From a virus (taxonomy: Duplodnaviria; Caudoviricetes), in the IMG/VR virus record IMGVR_UViG_3300026026_000119, positions 1 through 57,168 of that record: DNA of 57,168 nucleotides. One strand, given 5' to 3'. How positions within the stretch are numbered: position 1 is the first letter of the stretch; every line of letters begins with the position of its first letter. Shown piece after piece: positions 1-8,199 of the stretch. A program made the translations under genes and the position numbers. The notes beneath the pieces are model-generated. The model was not told the origin of the DNA. It saw nothing but the letters and a program-made list of their open reading frames with translations, and made no database searches.

Positions 1-203
1 AGATAATCTAGCGAACAATCGGCTACTTTCGAGATTTCCAAGAAGTGCGCGACCCCTGGGGAAAGAACGCCTTGCTCCCATCGACAGGCGGTGTTTTGCG
101 TCACTCCCATCTCGCGGGCGAACGCCGCTTGAGTAAATCCCGCCCGTTCCCTCGCGAGCGCGATCCGCCTCCCGATCTCCTTAGACGCGGCTTTCTTGTG
201 CAC
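1..203 (-). CDS. XRE-family HTH repressor (CI-like), 3' truncated by window edge
   Basis: Not in ORF track. Manual translation from GTG at 203: MHKKAASKEIGRRIALARERAGFTQAAFAREMGVTQNTACRWEQGVLSPGVAHFLEISKVADCSLDY. GGAGG RBS at 215-219; divergent from a second HTH gene. Confidence 0.85.
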   Translation of the reverse strand, partial: MHKKAASKEIGRRIALARERAGFTQAAFAREMGVTQNTACRWEQGVLSPGVAHFLEISKVADCSLDY

Positions 204-204
204 G

Positions 205-267
205 GTTAACTATGCCTCCAAAAAGTTCTTGACGCCATTTCGTAACTAGTATATTCGAGTTAGGTAT
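205..267. promoter_or_regulatory. Divergent immunity (lysis/lysogeny) control region
   Basis: AT-rich gap between two divergent HTH genes; TTGACG at 229-234, TATATT at 250-255, inverted repeat TAACT-N10-AGTTA at 243-262. Confidence 0.55.
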
Positions 268-813
268 ATGTTTTCTCGTAAGGGCACTGTACCAAGAGAC
301 TCGCGACAGTCGCGGCTGGCCGCGATGATGCAGTTTCAAGCAGACGAAGCGGCTCGATTTGGACGGGGCAAGGACGCTCCCAAGCTTGAAAGCGTTTTGC
401 AGATCGCCGCCATGCGCCAGCACGAGGGGTTGAGTCAGCGAAAGTTAGGCGACCGCATAGGGGTCGAGGCCAATACCATCGCCCGCTATGAGCGTGGGGA
501 AATGTGTCCGTCATACGAGAAGCTACAAGCACTGGCGGAGGTTTTTCATTGCAAGCTCGAAGAGCTTTTCATCAAGCGCGAGTACTCGACCGATGAGCCG
601 GTAAACGGCAAGGGGCCTTGGGGGGGCGGTAAGGACGGCGGAAAAGCACCGAAAAAAAACGCGGGCGCCTCTCCTAAGAAAGAAACCAAAGCTTACTGCG
701 AGCCGAGCGATGGCGCAACCGGCGCGATCGGGTCGGACGCAAAGACGGACAAAGCTCTCAAACTGCGAGCGATCAAAGGAGACCGACAATGCTGCAAGAA
801 ACCCGAACGTTAG
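268..813 (+). CDS. Cro-like XRE HTH regulator with basic low-complexity C-tail
   Basis: GLSQRKLGDRIGVEANTIARYERGEMCPSYEKLQALAEVFHCKLEELF is a canonical HTH_3 pattern. Start codon uncertain. Confidence 0.85.
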   Translation: MFSRKGTVPRDSRQSRLAAMMQFQADEAARFGRGKDAPKLESVLQIAAMRQHEGLSQRKLGDRIGVEANTIARYERGEMCPSYEKLQALAEVFHCKLEELFIKREYSTDEPVNGKGPWGGGKDGGKAPKKNAGASPKKETKAYCEPSDGATGAIGSDAKTDKALKLRAIKGDRQCCKKPER

Positions 814-1208
814 CCGTGCTACTGACCGAAGAAGAGTTGCGAATCAAGGCCGACGAGCTGGCACACGTGTGGCTCGACATGGCGAAGGTCGAAGAGGAAA
901 AAAAGGCTGTCAATAGCCGCTACAAAAGTCAGCTCGATGAGCTGATGCAAAAAGCGAGTGGACTGAGTGACGAGGTGGCCGAAAGGCGCGCCTACCGCCC
1001 AGTGGTGTGCGAGTGGCGTCCCGAGTACGTCTCGCAGCAGATGTTTTGCATTCGCACCGACGCGGAGGAAATCGTCGAAAAGCGCACCATGACCAAGGAC
1101 GAGTTGCAGCTAGAGCTACCGATTTCCAGTGCTCGCCGGCGGCACAAAAAGGCGGAGGTCGCCGAGGCGATAGACCAAGTATTAGAAGGCGAAGAAGACG
1201 GCAACTAA
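789..1208 (+). CDS. Phage hypothetical coiled-coil protein
   Basis: AAGGAG RBS, helical/charged composition, coupled to neighbours. Confidence 0.75.
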   Translation: MLQETRTLAVLLTEEELRIKADELAHVWLDMAKVEEEKKAVNSRYKSQLDELMQKASGLSDEVAERRAYRPVVCEWRPEYVSQQMFCIRTDAEEIVEKRTMTKDELQLELPISSARRRHKKAEVAEAIDQVLEGEEDGN

Positions 1209-1366
1209 TGCGCGGGTTTATGTCCATGGTGCTGCGGAGCGTTCGGCTTTGGATAAGGCGCTGTACTGACCCGTCCCGGTCGCGGTATCGCTGCAATCTC
1301 CAAGCCGAGCGCTTGGCGGCACCATGGCATAGACAGATCAAACTTTTTAAGTCGCTATCGCTCTGA
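1208..1366 (+). CDS. Small hypothetical protein (52 aa)
   Basis: ATG overlaps upstream stop (TAATG); fills the operon gap. Confidence 0.4.
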   Translation: MRGFMSMVLRSVRLWIRRCTDPSRSRYRCNLQAERLAAPWHRQIKLFKSLSL

Positions 1367-1392
1367 CGACCGCCACCGAGGCAACCGACGCT

Positions 1393-2781
1393 TTGACAGA
1401 CCCGAAAAAAGGCAACCGTATCCGAACCATCAAGCCCGAGGTCTACCTTGCCGAAGACCTTTGGGACCTTGGCCAAGAAACCGGTTTGCCCGTCTTTCAA
1501 GCCTTCACCGGTCTATGGTGCCAGGCGGACCGCGAGGGACGATTTGAGTGGCGTCCGCGCGCCCTAAAATCGCTCGTCTTGCCGTACTGGGATGGGGACT
1601 TCTCACGCGTGCTCGACGCGTTAGCCACGCGTGGGTTTGTAGTTAAGTATGCTACCGGTGGGCGCGAGTACGGCTACGTGCGCACTTTCTCACGCCATCA
1701 ATCAATCAACAGTCGAGAGGCCGCGTCCATTCTTCCACCGCCTCCCGAGGGCGAACCGGAAAATCCAACAGATTCAAACACTTCGACGCGTGGGGGACGC
1801 GTGGGGGACGCGTCACCGACCCGCGACTCACTCGTGGCCGACGCGACACCGACGCAAACCCCACCCGTCCCGACGCGGAGCAGCGTGGAAGGGAAAGGAA
1901 AGGAAGGGAATTCCAGAACGTTGCGTAACCCGGTAGAAGTAATTGCAAGTCTTACGCGCGAGCGCGCGCACGAGGCCGACGCCCAAACGCCGAGTGAGAC
2001 CGAACCCGACTGCACGCCAAAACCGGGTGACACGCCGCACGGTTCGGTACCCTCACCCTCGGAGCGCGATTCGGAGCCGAAGCCGCTAGGAAAAATCTTG
2101 CCCTCGATGCCGGGCCTTGCCCCGCTTTCGAGCACGGCGCTCAAGGCGCAAGAGATGTTGCTCGCCAAGCGAGTCAAAGCGGGAATCGTTGCGGTTCCCG
2201 GCAACGGAGCTTGTGCCAAACCGCTAAAATCTAGGCCCGAGCCAACCACAACGCCAAAGCCGCCGGCGGCGCCGACGCCGACCTCGCCCAAAGCCGCCGA
2301 GCCGCCCGAAGAGCCGAAGCTGTTTGACAGCAACGTTTTGGCAAAGCTAATCGACGTCGAGCGGCGAATGAAAAATCTTACTTCGTATAGACCCAAGCAT
2401 AGCGACTATCAACTTCGTCAAGACGCCGTCGATGAAATCGTTGCGATTGCCGAAGAAAAAAATCTTTCTCCCGTTCGGGTAGCGCGCCAATCGCTTCGAA
2501 ACTTCTACAAATCCACCGAGCCGTTCTTGCACAACAACAGTTACCCGCTCGGCTCATGGGTTCAAAAGATCGGGCATTACTTCGAGCCGCCTAAGCCGAT
2601 CAAATCAAAACCGGGCTACGGTCCCGACTCCGAGGGGACGGGCAACACCAAGGCGATTTACGACAAAGCCAACAAAGAATGGGACCGAAAGCAGCGAGAA
2701 CTCGAAGAGGTCCTCGCCAAGGAGGCCGAGGAGGACAGGCTTGCCGCGTTGGCGACGCAATCTCAGGAGATAGCAAAATGA
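1393..2781 (+). CDS. Phage replication initiator (N-terminal wHTH, Pro-rich linker)
   Basis: N-terminus RIRTIKPE...GLWCQADREGRFEW...GFVVKY...FSRHQSIN resembles phage replisome-organiser initiators; follows Cro; contains an internal iteron array. Confidence 0.75.
   Translation: MTDPKKGNRIRTIKPEVYLAEDLWDLGQETGLPVFQAFTGLWCQADREGRFEWRPRALKSLVLPYWDGDFSRVLDALATRGFVVKYATGGREYGYVRTFSRHQSINSREAASILPPPPEGEPENPTDSNTSTRGGRVGDASPTRDSLVADATPTQTPPVPTRSSVEGKGKEGNSRTLRNPVEVIASLTRERAHEADAQTPSETEPDCTPKPGDTPHGSVPSPSERDSEPKPLGKILPSMPGLAPLSSTALKAQEMLLAKRVKAGIVAVPGNGACAKPLKSRPEPTTTPKPPAAPTPTSPKAAEPPEEPKLFDSNVLAKLIDVERRMKNLTSYRPKHSDYQLRQDAVDEIVAIAEEKNLSPVRVARQSLRNFYKSTEPFLHNNSYPLGSWVQKIGHYFEPPKPIKSKPGYGPDSEGTGNTKAIYDKANKEWDRKQRELEEVLAKEAEEDRLAALATQSQEIAK
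1785..1882 (+). repeat. 11-bp period iteron-like array (candidate replication origin)
   Basis: GACGCGTGGGG, GACGCGTGGGG, GACGCGTCACC, GACCCGCGACT, CACTCGTGGCC, GACGCGACACC, GACGCAAACCC, then two weaker units. Period is not a multiple of 3. Confidence 0.7.
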
Positions 2782-2912
2782 ATAAGTCTACCGAAGATAA
2801 CATCAAATACGCCATGAGCGAAAGGCGCTCGCGCAACGACGGGTATGTCTCCGTCCAAGAACGGGCGCTTTTTTTGCTGACTTACACGAGTTATACCGAG
2901 CGATGCCCGTAA
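2778..2912 (+). CDS. Small hypothetical protein (44 aa)
   Basis: AGGAGA RBS; ATG overlaps the initiator stop; MNKSTEDNIKY... Confidence 0.5.
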   Translation: MNKSTEDNIKYAMSERRSRNDGYVSVQERALFLLTYTSYTERCP

Positions 2913-3307
2913 GGTTAGAGCCGTTGACTTTTTTCGTACCAGGACCTCCGGTTGGCAAACAGCGTCCAAGGCTGGGGGCTCGGGGCAAAGTGTTCACTCC
3001 GCAAGAGACTCACACGTATGAATCCAAAGTCGCGTTCTACTGCCGCGAGGAGCTCAGGCGGCGGCTGATGTGGCTAAAGATCGTTGGGCTCAAGGGTATC
3101 GATTACTGGTTTGTAATGAACCTCGATATCGTGTATCCGTCCAAACGCCACCCGGACCAAGACAATGTTATCAAGTCTATCCAAGACGGACTTCAGGGCG
3201 TTATTTGGGAAAACGACAAAACGGTACTGCCGCGTGTGATGAGCGTGGCGATTACCAAAAGCCGACTCGAAGGCGTAATCGTAAGCGTTGAGCAATACAA
3301 TGTGTAA
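2903..3307 (+). CDS. rusA: RusA-family Holliday junction resolvase
   Basis: PGPPVGKQRPR N-terminus and HPDQDNVIKSIQDGLQGVIWEND catalytic segment. Confidence 0.9.
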   Translation: MPVRLEPLTFFVPGPPVGKQRPRLGARGKVFTPQETHTYESKVAFYCREELRRRLMWLKIVGLKGIDYWFVMNLDIVYPSKRHPDQDNVIKSIQDGLQGVIWENDKTVLPRVMSVAITKSRLEGVIVSVEQYNV

Positions 3308-3644
3308 TGCAACTCCCGTAAGACTACGCGTTGTAAACGATATCGTGCCTCCCTCGCCTAACGGACTTGAGGTCGTTCGGGTCGATACTTTGGCAAAGTA
3401 CAACTACCCGCACCGCTACCCGGCGGTGCTTTTGAATTTCGAGGGGGTAAAGAATCCTCGCGCTTTTGCCGCCGATGATTTCGAGATGGCATTGCGTGCG
3501 GGTCTAATTCCCGATATAAATGTATCTGACGTAAAACTCGCGTTTCGAGGAAAAAACCTGGCTTGCCGTTGCCCACTACCGGAGCGCGGCAAGCCTGATT
3601 ATTGTCCCGTCGTACGTTTACTGAGGATAGCCAATGAAGACTAA
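3300..3644 (+). CDS. DUF4326-like protein (possibly degenerate)
   Basis: C-terminal FRGKNLACRCP...C...LLRIAN matches the LRGKxLxCxC...CH...LAN pattern, but the His is missing. Confidence 0.55.
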   Translation: MCNATPVRLRVVNDIVPPSPNGLEVVRVDTLAKYNYPHRYPAVLLNFEGVKNPRAFAADDFEMALRAGLIPDINVSDVKLAFRGKNLACRCPLPERGKPDYCPVVRLLRIANED

Positions 3645-4173
3645 GTTACTATTCCTATTCTTGACCGCATCGGTAGCGCCTAAAGTAGCGGCCGAGGCCC
3701 CAACCGAAGACGCCGTATGGCTCGCCAAAGCGATGGTCGCCGAGGCCGATTTCAAACAGGAAAAAGACCACGCCGCACTCGGTTACGTGCTTTTGAGAAA
3801 GCACAAAATCGTCAAGAGACACAACCCCGATGCAACTCTGACCGACATGATTCGAGCCTATTGCTCGGGCTTCAAGCGCCAGTATCGCGGCTTTTACCGC
3901 CGCTCGCCGCGTCTCGAATGGATCTACAACCTCGACGCCGAGGGCAATGAGCCCAACAAGTGGCCCCGAAAACTGCCGTGGGAAAAGTACCGCCCCATGT
4001 GGCTCACGGTGCTGCAACGAGCCCAGAGCGTGATCGACGGCGATATCAAAGACCCGTGCCGGGGACGGGCGAGCTATTGGGGCGGTCCTATGGACAATCC
4101 CTCCTCTCGCCTTCGCCGCGTCGATTGCGGAAAAACCGCTAACTACTTTTACTCCATGAGACGTGCGACATGA
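3634..4173 (+). CDS. Secreted cell-wall hydrolase-like protein (SleB/Hydrolase_2-like)
   Basis: Signal peptide MKTKLLFLFLTASVA; DAVWLAKAMVAEA catalytic-Glu-like motif; DPCRGRASYW...NYFY C-terminus. Confidence 0.6.
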   Translation: MKTKLLFLFLTASVAPKVAAEAPTEDAVWLAKAMVAEADFKQEKDHAALGYVLLRKHKIVKRHNPDATLTDMIRAYCSGFKRQYRGFYRRSPRLEWIYNLDAEGNEPNKWPRKLPWEKYRPMWLTVLQRAQSVIDGDIKDPCRGRASYWGGPMDNPSSRLRRVDCGKTANYFYSMRRAT

Positions 4174-4409
4174 CCGAGATGAACTCAGCTCGTCACGACC
4201 CGACCGGCTACGCAGCGGCGTGCGCACACACCAAAATCACCGTTGAGAAATTCGGTGAAGACGGCTACATCCGAGCCGAGCGCTGGTACTGCCTTGGGTG
4301 CGGTATGGAGTTTGTCCCGCTGATAGTGCAGCGGCACTTTTTACTCACGTATATCCGTACAAGACTAACGTATGTAAAAAATCGCGTTCTAGCGATGCTG
4401 GGGGTTTAG
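4170..4409 (+). CDS. Small Zn-ribbon protein
   Basis: CAH...RWYCLGCG; ATGA overlap; paralog at 9434-9688. Confidence 0.65.
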   Translation: MTEMNSARHDPTGYAAACAHTKITVEKFGEDGYIRAERWYCLGCGMEFVPLIVQRHFLLTYIRTRLTYVKNRVLAMLGV

Positions 4410-4414
4410 CGAAC

Positions 4415-4816
4415 ATGAAGCAATCACACGAAGAAATCGTTGCCGGCGATCCGTACTACGATTTTGATATCGCGCAAATCCGTACGATGGCGCACGTACA
4501 TGTCAATGAAGCAGATTCTCATCAAAAGCTATCCGATCGCAAAGCTTGGGTCGAGGGCTGGTTTCTCGACACCGCTCTCGGCCTGCTAATGGATACCGAC
4601 GAGTGGTGCTTGAATAACCGAAAAGCGTCTGTCTTGCTGGCCGTTAGAGACAACGGCCCCGACGGCGCTGGCCTTCGTCTCGATATCGATATAGAGCCCG
4701 ATAGCACAACTATCAGGCCCACCGAACTTGCTTCGATTCGGCTTTCGCCGCGCCAAGCATTTGTGCTGGCGCAATCGCTTCTGTCGGCGGTTGCTCTTAG
4801 AGAGACCACTGAATGA
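4415..4816 (+). CDS. Hypothetical protein
   Basis: Start re-assigned to ATG 4415 (MKQSHEE) to avoid overlap; coupled to next gene. Confidence 0.65.
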   Translation: MKQSHEEIVAGDPYYDFDIAQIRTMAHVHVNEADSHQKLSDRKAWVEGWFLDTALGLLMDTDEWCLNNRKASVLLAVRDNGPDGAGLRLDIDIEPDSTTIRPTELASIRLSPRQAFVLAQSLLSAVALRETTE

Positions 4817-5019
4817 AAGCCTCCGTTGACCAAGAGATTGCGCGCAACAAGCGCGCTCGCGGCGTGATACTACGTGACGTGTATCGTCATTTACTCGATA
4901 AAGACCCGGCGCGCCTTATCGAAGCGGAGGTCGAGTTTTCCAGACTTAGCCGGGAGTACTTGAAACTCATGGAAACAAGGCATGGGGACGCTCTCGCCGC
5001 GTTTCACGTGAAACGATAA
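4813..5019 (+). CDS. Hypothetical protein
   Basis: ATGA overlap, operon context. Confidence 0.6.
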   Translation: MKASVDQEIARNKRARGVILRDVYRHLLDKDPARLIEAEVEFSRLSREYLKLMETRHGDALAAFHVKR

Positions 5020-5023
5020 ATCC

Positions 5024-5260
5024 ATGAAAGAGACTGTCATTGTTCAATGGCTATTCGATGAGAATCGCCCTCTTCGGCGTATCGTGAAAATCGACGGCAA
5101 GTACTATGTGCAAATCAACGTTGGCAAGGAAGTCGAAGACGAATGGAAATCAATCAAGGAAGTTTCCAACGAAAGGCCTTTTGCCGCAATCTACAGACTA
5201 ACGATCGAGCTTAAACGAATCGGACAATACTTTGACGAAAGAAGGCCCCTGCTATCATGA
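5024..5260 (+). CDS. Hypothetical protein
   Basis: Operon context; stop overlaps next start. Confidence 0.6.
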   Translation: MKETVIVQWLFDENRPLRRIVKIDGKYYVQINVGKEVEDEWKSIKEVSNERPFAAIYRLTIELKRIGQYFDERRPLLS

Positions 5261-5784
5261 ACCCACTGACCGGCAAGCTCGTTATCGGTACGCTCCAAGG
5301 CGATAGGGATCTGCTCAACAGCGAAAAGCACGTCGAGCGCGCGTTGACCGAGATTACCGAGCGCACGAAAATGAAGCTCATCAACGGCCCGCACCTGATA
5401 CGAGTTGTAGCCGACACCAAAACGCCGGCCGACCCCGAGGCTGATTCGGGCGGAGTCACCGGTACCGCCGTTTGGTCGACCTCGGGGGCGATGATCCATA
5501 CCTGGCCCGAGCTCGGACGCGCCGAGTTTGTCGTTCACTCGTGTAAGGCGTTTAAAATCGAGCACGTAAGGTTCATTATGGAATCGACCTTCAGAGCAAA
5601 AGAGCTCTCTATCCATGATGTCTCCTGGACGCTCACCGCCGAGTCTCGGCCTCAACAGCACGCCCGGACCGACCCCGAGCGGCTTCAGGAGTACCGCGAG
5701 CTATTGGCCGATGTCTATCGATGTCTCGATGAACTCGGGCAAGACGCGTTCAAAAACCGAATACGTGAAACACTGGCGAGGTAG
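5257..5784 (+). CDS. S-adenosylmethionine decarboxylase-like pyruvoyl proenzyme (variant active site)
   Basis: GGVTGTAVWSTSGAMIHTWPE...HSCKAF corresponds to the class 1b AdoMetDC motif GGxTG...ESH..IHTWPE...(T/S)C. Confidence 0.8.
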   Translation: MNPLTGKLVIGTLQGDRDLLNSEKHVERALTEITERTKMKLINGPHLIRVVADTKTPADPEADSGGVTGTAVWSTSGAMIHTWPELGRAEFVVHSCKAFKIEHVRFIMESTFRAKELSIHDVSWTLTAESRPQQHARTDPERLQEYRELLADVYRCLDELGQDAFKNRIRETLAR

Positions 5785-5788
5785 ACCG

Positions 5789-6097
5789 ATGCGCTCTTTG
5801 ATTCTTGAAGTCATGAACTATAACAACGGCCGAGTTCGCGTGATAGCTCGGTTTGAAGCATCGCCAGAACCGCCCCCTGGCGTAAACGCCGATATCACCG
5901 CGCGCTACTTCGACCGAGAGTTTAGCATCGTAGAAATCGGAACAATCTCCAAGCCCGAAGTGATGGGCGAAGACTTTATCAAAGAAGCCGCCCTCGCTAC
6001 CGGCGAGTTGAAAATGCCGCTTTACGAAATGAGCACTATTCTAAGAGACGCGGCCGAAAAGCTTTTCAAAACCAATGGCAGCCGAAAAGGCCTCTAA
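5789..6097 (+). CDS. Hypothetical protein, paralog A
   Basis: GAGGT RBS, ATG 5789; similar to 6109-6453. Confidence 0.7.
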   Translation: MRSLILEVMNYNNGRVRVIARFEASPEPPPGVNADITARYFDREFSIVEIGTISKPEVMGEDFIKEAALATGELKMPLYEMSTILRDAAEKLFKTNGSRKGL

Positions 6098-6108
6098 AGG
6101 TTAATAAA

Positions 6109-6453
6109 ATGCGAACCTTCTCGATAGAGATAACCACCGATAACGACCGAGATTTCACTATTAGAGTCGGCGCGAGGTTTCAGCCCACAGCCATGGATAA
6201 AGACCGCGACAGAGCTTACAAGGCTTTAGAATCGAAGTTTGCTTTGCGCGATCTCGACTACTACCGTGGCACTTCTTCATTGGGCGAAAAGTTTATCTGC
6301 GATGCAAGTAACGTTTTCGAAGAGCCAAGAAGGGCTCTCTATACGATGACCCAGATACTTGCACGAGCTTGCGAAAAGCTTTTCCCTTATGACCGAGAGC
6401 AATACCAAGAGGAGGTTACAAGACAACCGCCGCGCGGGTGTGATACGCTTTGA
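6109..6453 (+). CDS. Hypothetical protein, paralog B
   Basis: Shares ARF...GExFI...LYxMxxILxxAxEKLF with 5789-6097. Confidence 0.7.
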   Translation: MRTFSIEITTDNDRDFTIRVGARFQPTAMDKDRDRAYKALESKFALRDLDYYRGTSSLGEKFICDASNVFEEPRRALYTMTQILARACEKLFPYDREQYQEEVTRQPPRGCDTL

Positions 6454-6478
6454 GCCGACGTAAAAGGAGACCGCTACC

Positions 6479-6901
6479 ATGGGATTAGCACTCACAATCG
6501 AATCTTCCGACAAGGCTGTACAGTACGCTTTGACGGGCAGAAAGACCGAGATACGTCAATGCTGCAACGCCGATTGGTCTCTTGAACAGATCAAGATGCC
6601 CGACAACTCCACCCGAGCCGCCATCTGCGGCAAGTCGGGACAGAAGTACTGGATGGTCGGCGAGAAGGTGGGAATAAAAGCTTATTCCACCGGCCCCGTT
6701 GTCGGTAAGGTGCGCGTCGTGGCAGTGAGGATCGAGCAGCTTCAAGACATCAACGACGCTGGCGCTTACGCCTGTGCGGTAGAGCCCGCGACCCGAGAGC
6801 GCTACTTTGCCGTTTGGGATACGCTAAATAACCAACAGGGATGGAAGTCCACCGACAACCCGAAGGTGGTGGTGATAAACTTCGCCCCCGTTTCCCCGTA
6901 A
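6479..6901 (+). CDS. ASCH-domain protein
   Basis: GRKTEIR motif; VRIEQLQDI; W...NPKVVVINF C-terminus; AAGGAG RBS. Confidence 0.8.
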   Translation: MGLALTIESSDKAVQYALTGRKTEIRQCCNADWSLEQIKMPDNSTRAAICGKSGQKYWMVGEKVGIKAYSTGPVVGKVRVVAVRIEQLQDINDAGAYACAVEPATRERYFAVWDTLNNQQGWKSTDNPKVVVINFAPVSP

Positions 6902-6948
6902 CGACACATAGAGTAAGAGGCGGCTATAAGGCGGCGCAAAAAGAAAAC

Positions 6949-7143
6949 CTAACCCGCTTTTACCATCCTCTCGCGAACCTTACTGGCAGAGCGCTTTAGA
7001 TTCGGAAAACCGCCCCATACCCTCGTTATTTTTTTCATATCGAAGTAATCAACGGCGCTATGGCCAGCCCAGAACTCGCGCTCCTGATCCTCGTTTTCAA
7101 AAACCGGGATTGGCTTTATCTTTTTACTTTCTCTTTTGTTCAT
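6949..7143 (-). CDS. BrnA/CopG-type antitoxin, lacking the C-terminal RHH domain (64 aa)
   Basis: IPVFENEDQEREFWAGHSAVDYFD...FPNLK is the CopG_antitoxin N-terminus; ATG overlaps the toxin 3' end. Confidence 0.8.
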   Translation of the reverse strand: MNKRESKKIKPIPVFENEDQEREFWAGHSAVDYFDMKKITRVWGGFPNLKRSASKVRERMVKAG

Positions 7144-7435
7144 ACACTTTACTTTCTTCTCGGTTCTGGTCTCGCGCTGAGATAACCCGTACAAGTTTCG
7201 CTCGAATGGTAAAAACTATAAACAGACACCGTCCTTCATCCGTCTTTCCGTAAACGCCATAACGCGGCTCAACGGAGGAATGATTGAGGTCTTCAAAAAA
7301 ATCGATTGGCTCGTTGTGAAAAACCTGCTCCGCCTCTTCAACCGAGACTCGATGCGATTTCCAGTTCTTGTACAAATTGCCCTCGTCCCATTGAAAGCCT
7401 TGTCGAACGTCAATGAACCTTAGAGCATCGTTCAC
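7124..7435 (-). CDS. brnT: BrnT-family ribonuclease toxin
   Basis: FQWDEGNLYKNWKSHRVSVEEAEQVF...HS..EPRY...VFTIR...RVISAR...E...Y. Confidence 0.92.
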   Translation of the reverse strand: MNDALRFIDVRQGFQWDEGNLYKNWKSHRVSVEEAEQVFHNEPIDFFEDLNHSSVEPRYGVYGKTDEGRCLFIVFTIRAKLVRVISARDQNREESKVYEQKRK

Positions 7436-7440
7436 AAACT

Positions 7441-7470
7441 TACGTTATACCCGCAACGTATAGGCGTCAA
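7441..7470 (-). promoter_or_regulatory. Sigma70-like promoter of the TA operon with overlapping inverted repeat
   Basis: TTGACG-N17-TAACGT, -10 box 6 nt before the GTG; TACGTT...AACGTA inverted repeat 7441-7460. Confidence 0.65.
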
Positions 7471-7552
7471 GCCGCCTTACGCTTGCCCGTCCCCGAGAGC
7501 TGTGTCGAAGTGCCGTTGCGAACTACCCTAAAATATTGGACAGTTGCCAGCT

Positions 7553-7849
7553 CTACCGCTCGCACTCGTCCACCGCCGCGCACGTCTCGGCCTTGATTCG
7601 GCAATCGAGATCCCACCGAAGTATTCCGCTTGCCTGCACGTTGTTGCAAACCTCGGAGCAGTTGGCCTGCGTTGCCGCCCAATCGCACCCCAGCTCGTCG
7701 CCGTGCGCGCATACGCTCTTGCAAGTAGCCTCAACCGGTACCGGCTCGTGCGGCGGTACAGGAGTAGGAGCGGGACCGCAGCCGTTGCTACAGCCGAGGA
7801 TTATCAATACAAGTATCGGCGCCATTGGCATGGGGGTTACCTTTCGCAT
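7553..7849 (-). CDS. Cys-rich lipoprotein, paralog 2
   Basis: Hydrophobic stretch plus ILGC lipobox-like motif; CxxxC repeats; ends VDECER. Start re-assigned to 7849. Confidence 0.75.
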   Translation of the reverse strand: MRKVTPMPMAPILVLIILGCSNGCGPAPTPVPPHEPVPVEATCKSVCAHGDELGCDWAATQANCSEVCNNVQASGILRWDLDCRIKAETCAAVDECER

Positions 7850-8196
7850 TGGTCGACCGCCTTTTTGGTTTTTGCCCCAGCGCGACACTTGAGGTTCCAC
7901 TTGATAAGTTTGCTCGCCTGCACGTCTTTGCAAACGCTTTCGCACGTGACGCCCTTGGGATGCTTGGTGGCCGCCGGGTGCTTGAGCTTGGCCATGTTAG
8001 CGCACGCCTGAGCGCACGTAACCGCCTTTGCCGCCTCGGCCGTGGTAACAGAAGGAGCACTGATTACCACGACCGAGGACGGCTCTACAACCCGTGTCGC
8101 TGGCTTGGGAGCGAGTTCGGTAACCTTGATGGCCGTCGGGTTACCATTGCTGCTACAGGCTAAGAAGATAAATACGCTGGCGATAAATACGCGCAT
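7837..8196 (-). CDS. Cys-rich lipoprotein, paralog 1
   Basis: MRVFIASVFIFLAC lipobox; CxxxC repeats; ends VDQCER. Confidence 0.75.
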   Translation of the reverse strand: MRVFIASVFIFLACSSNGNPTAIKVTELAPKPATRVVEPSSVVVISAPSVTTAEAAKAVTCAQACANMAKLKHPAATKHPKGVTCESVCKDVQASKLIKWNLKCRAGAKTKKAVDQCER

Positions 8197-8199
8197 GGC

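Noticed and set aside
1698-2396. 232-aa antisense ORF within the replication initiator
   Set aside because: Mirror of a Pro-rich, GC-rich coding strand; no RBS or motif.
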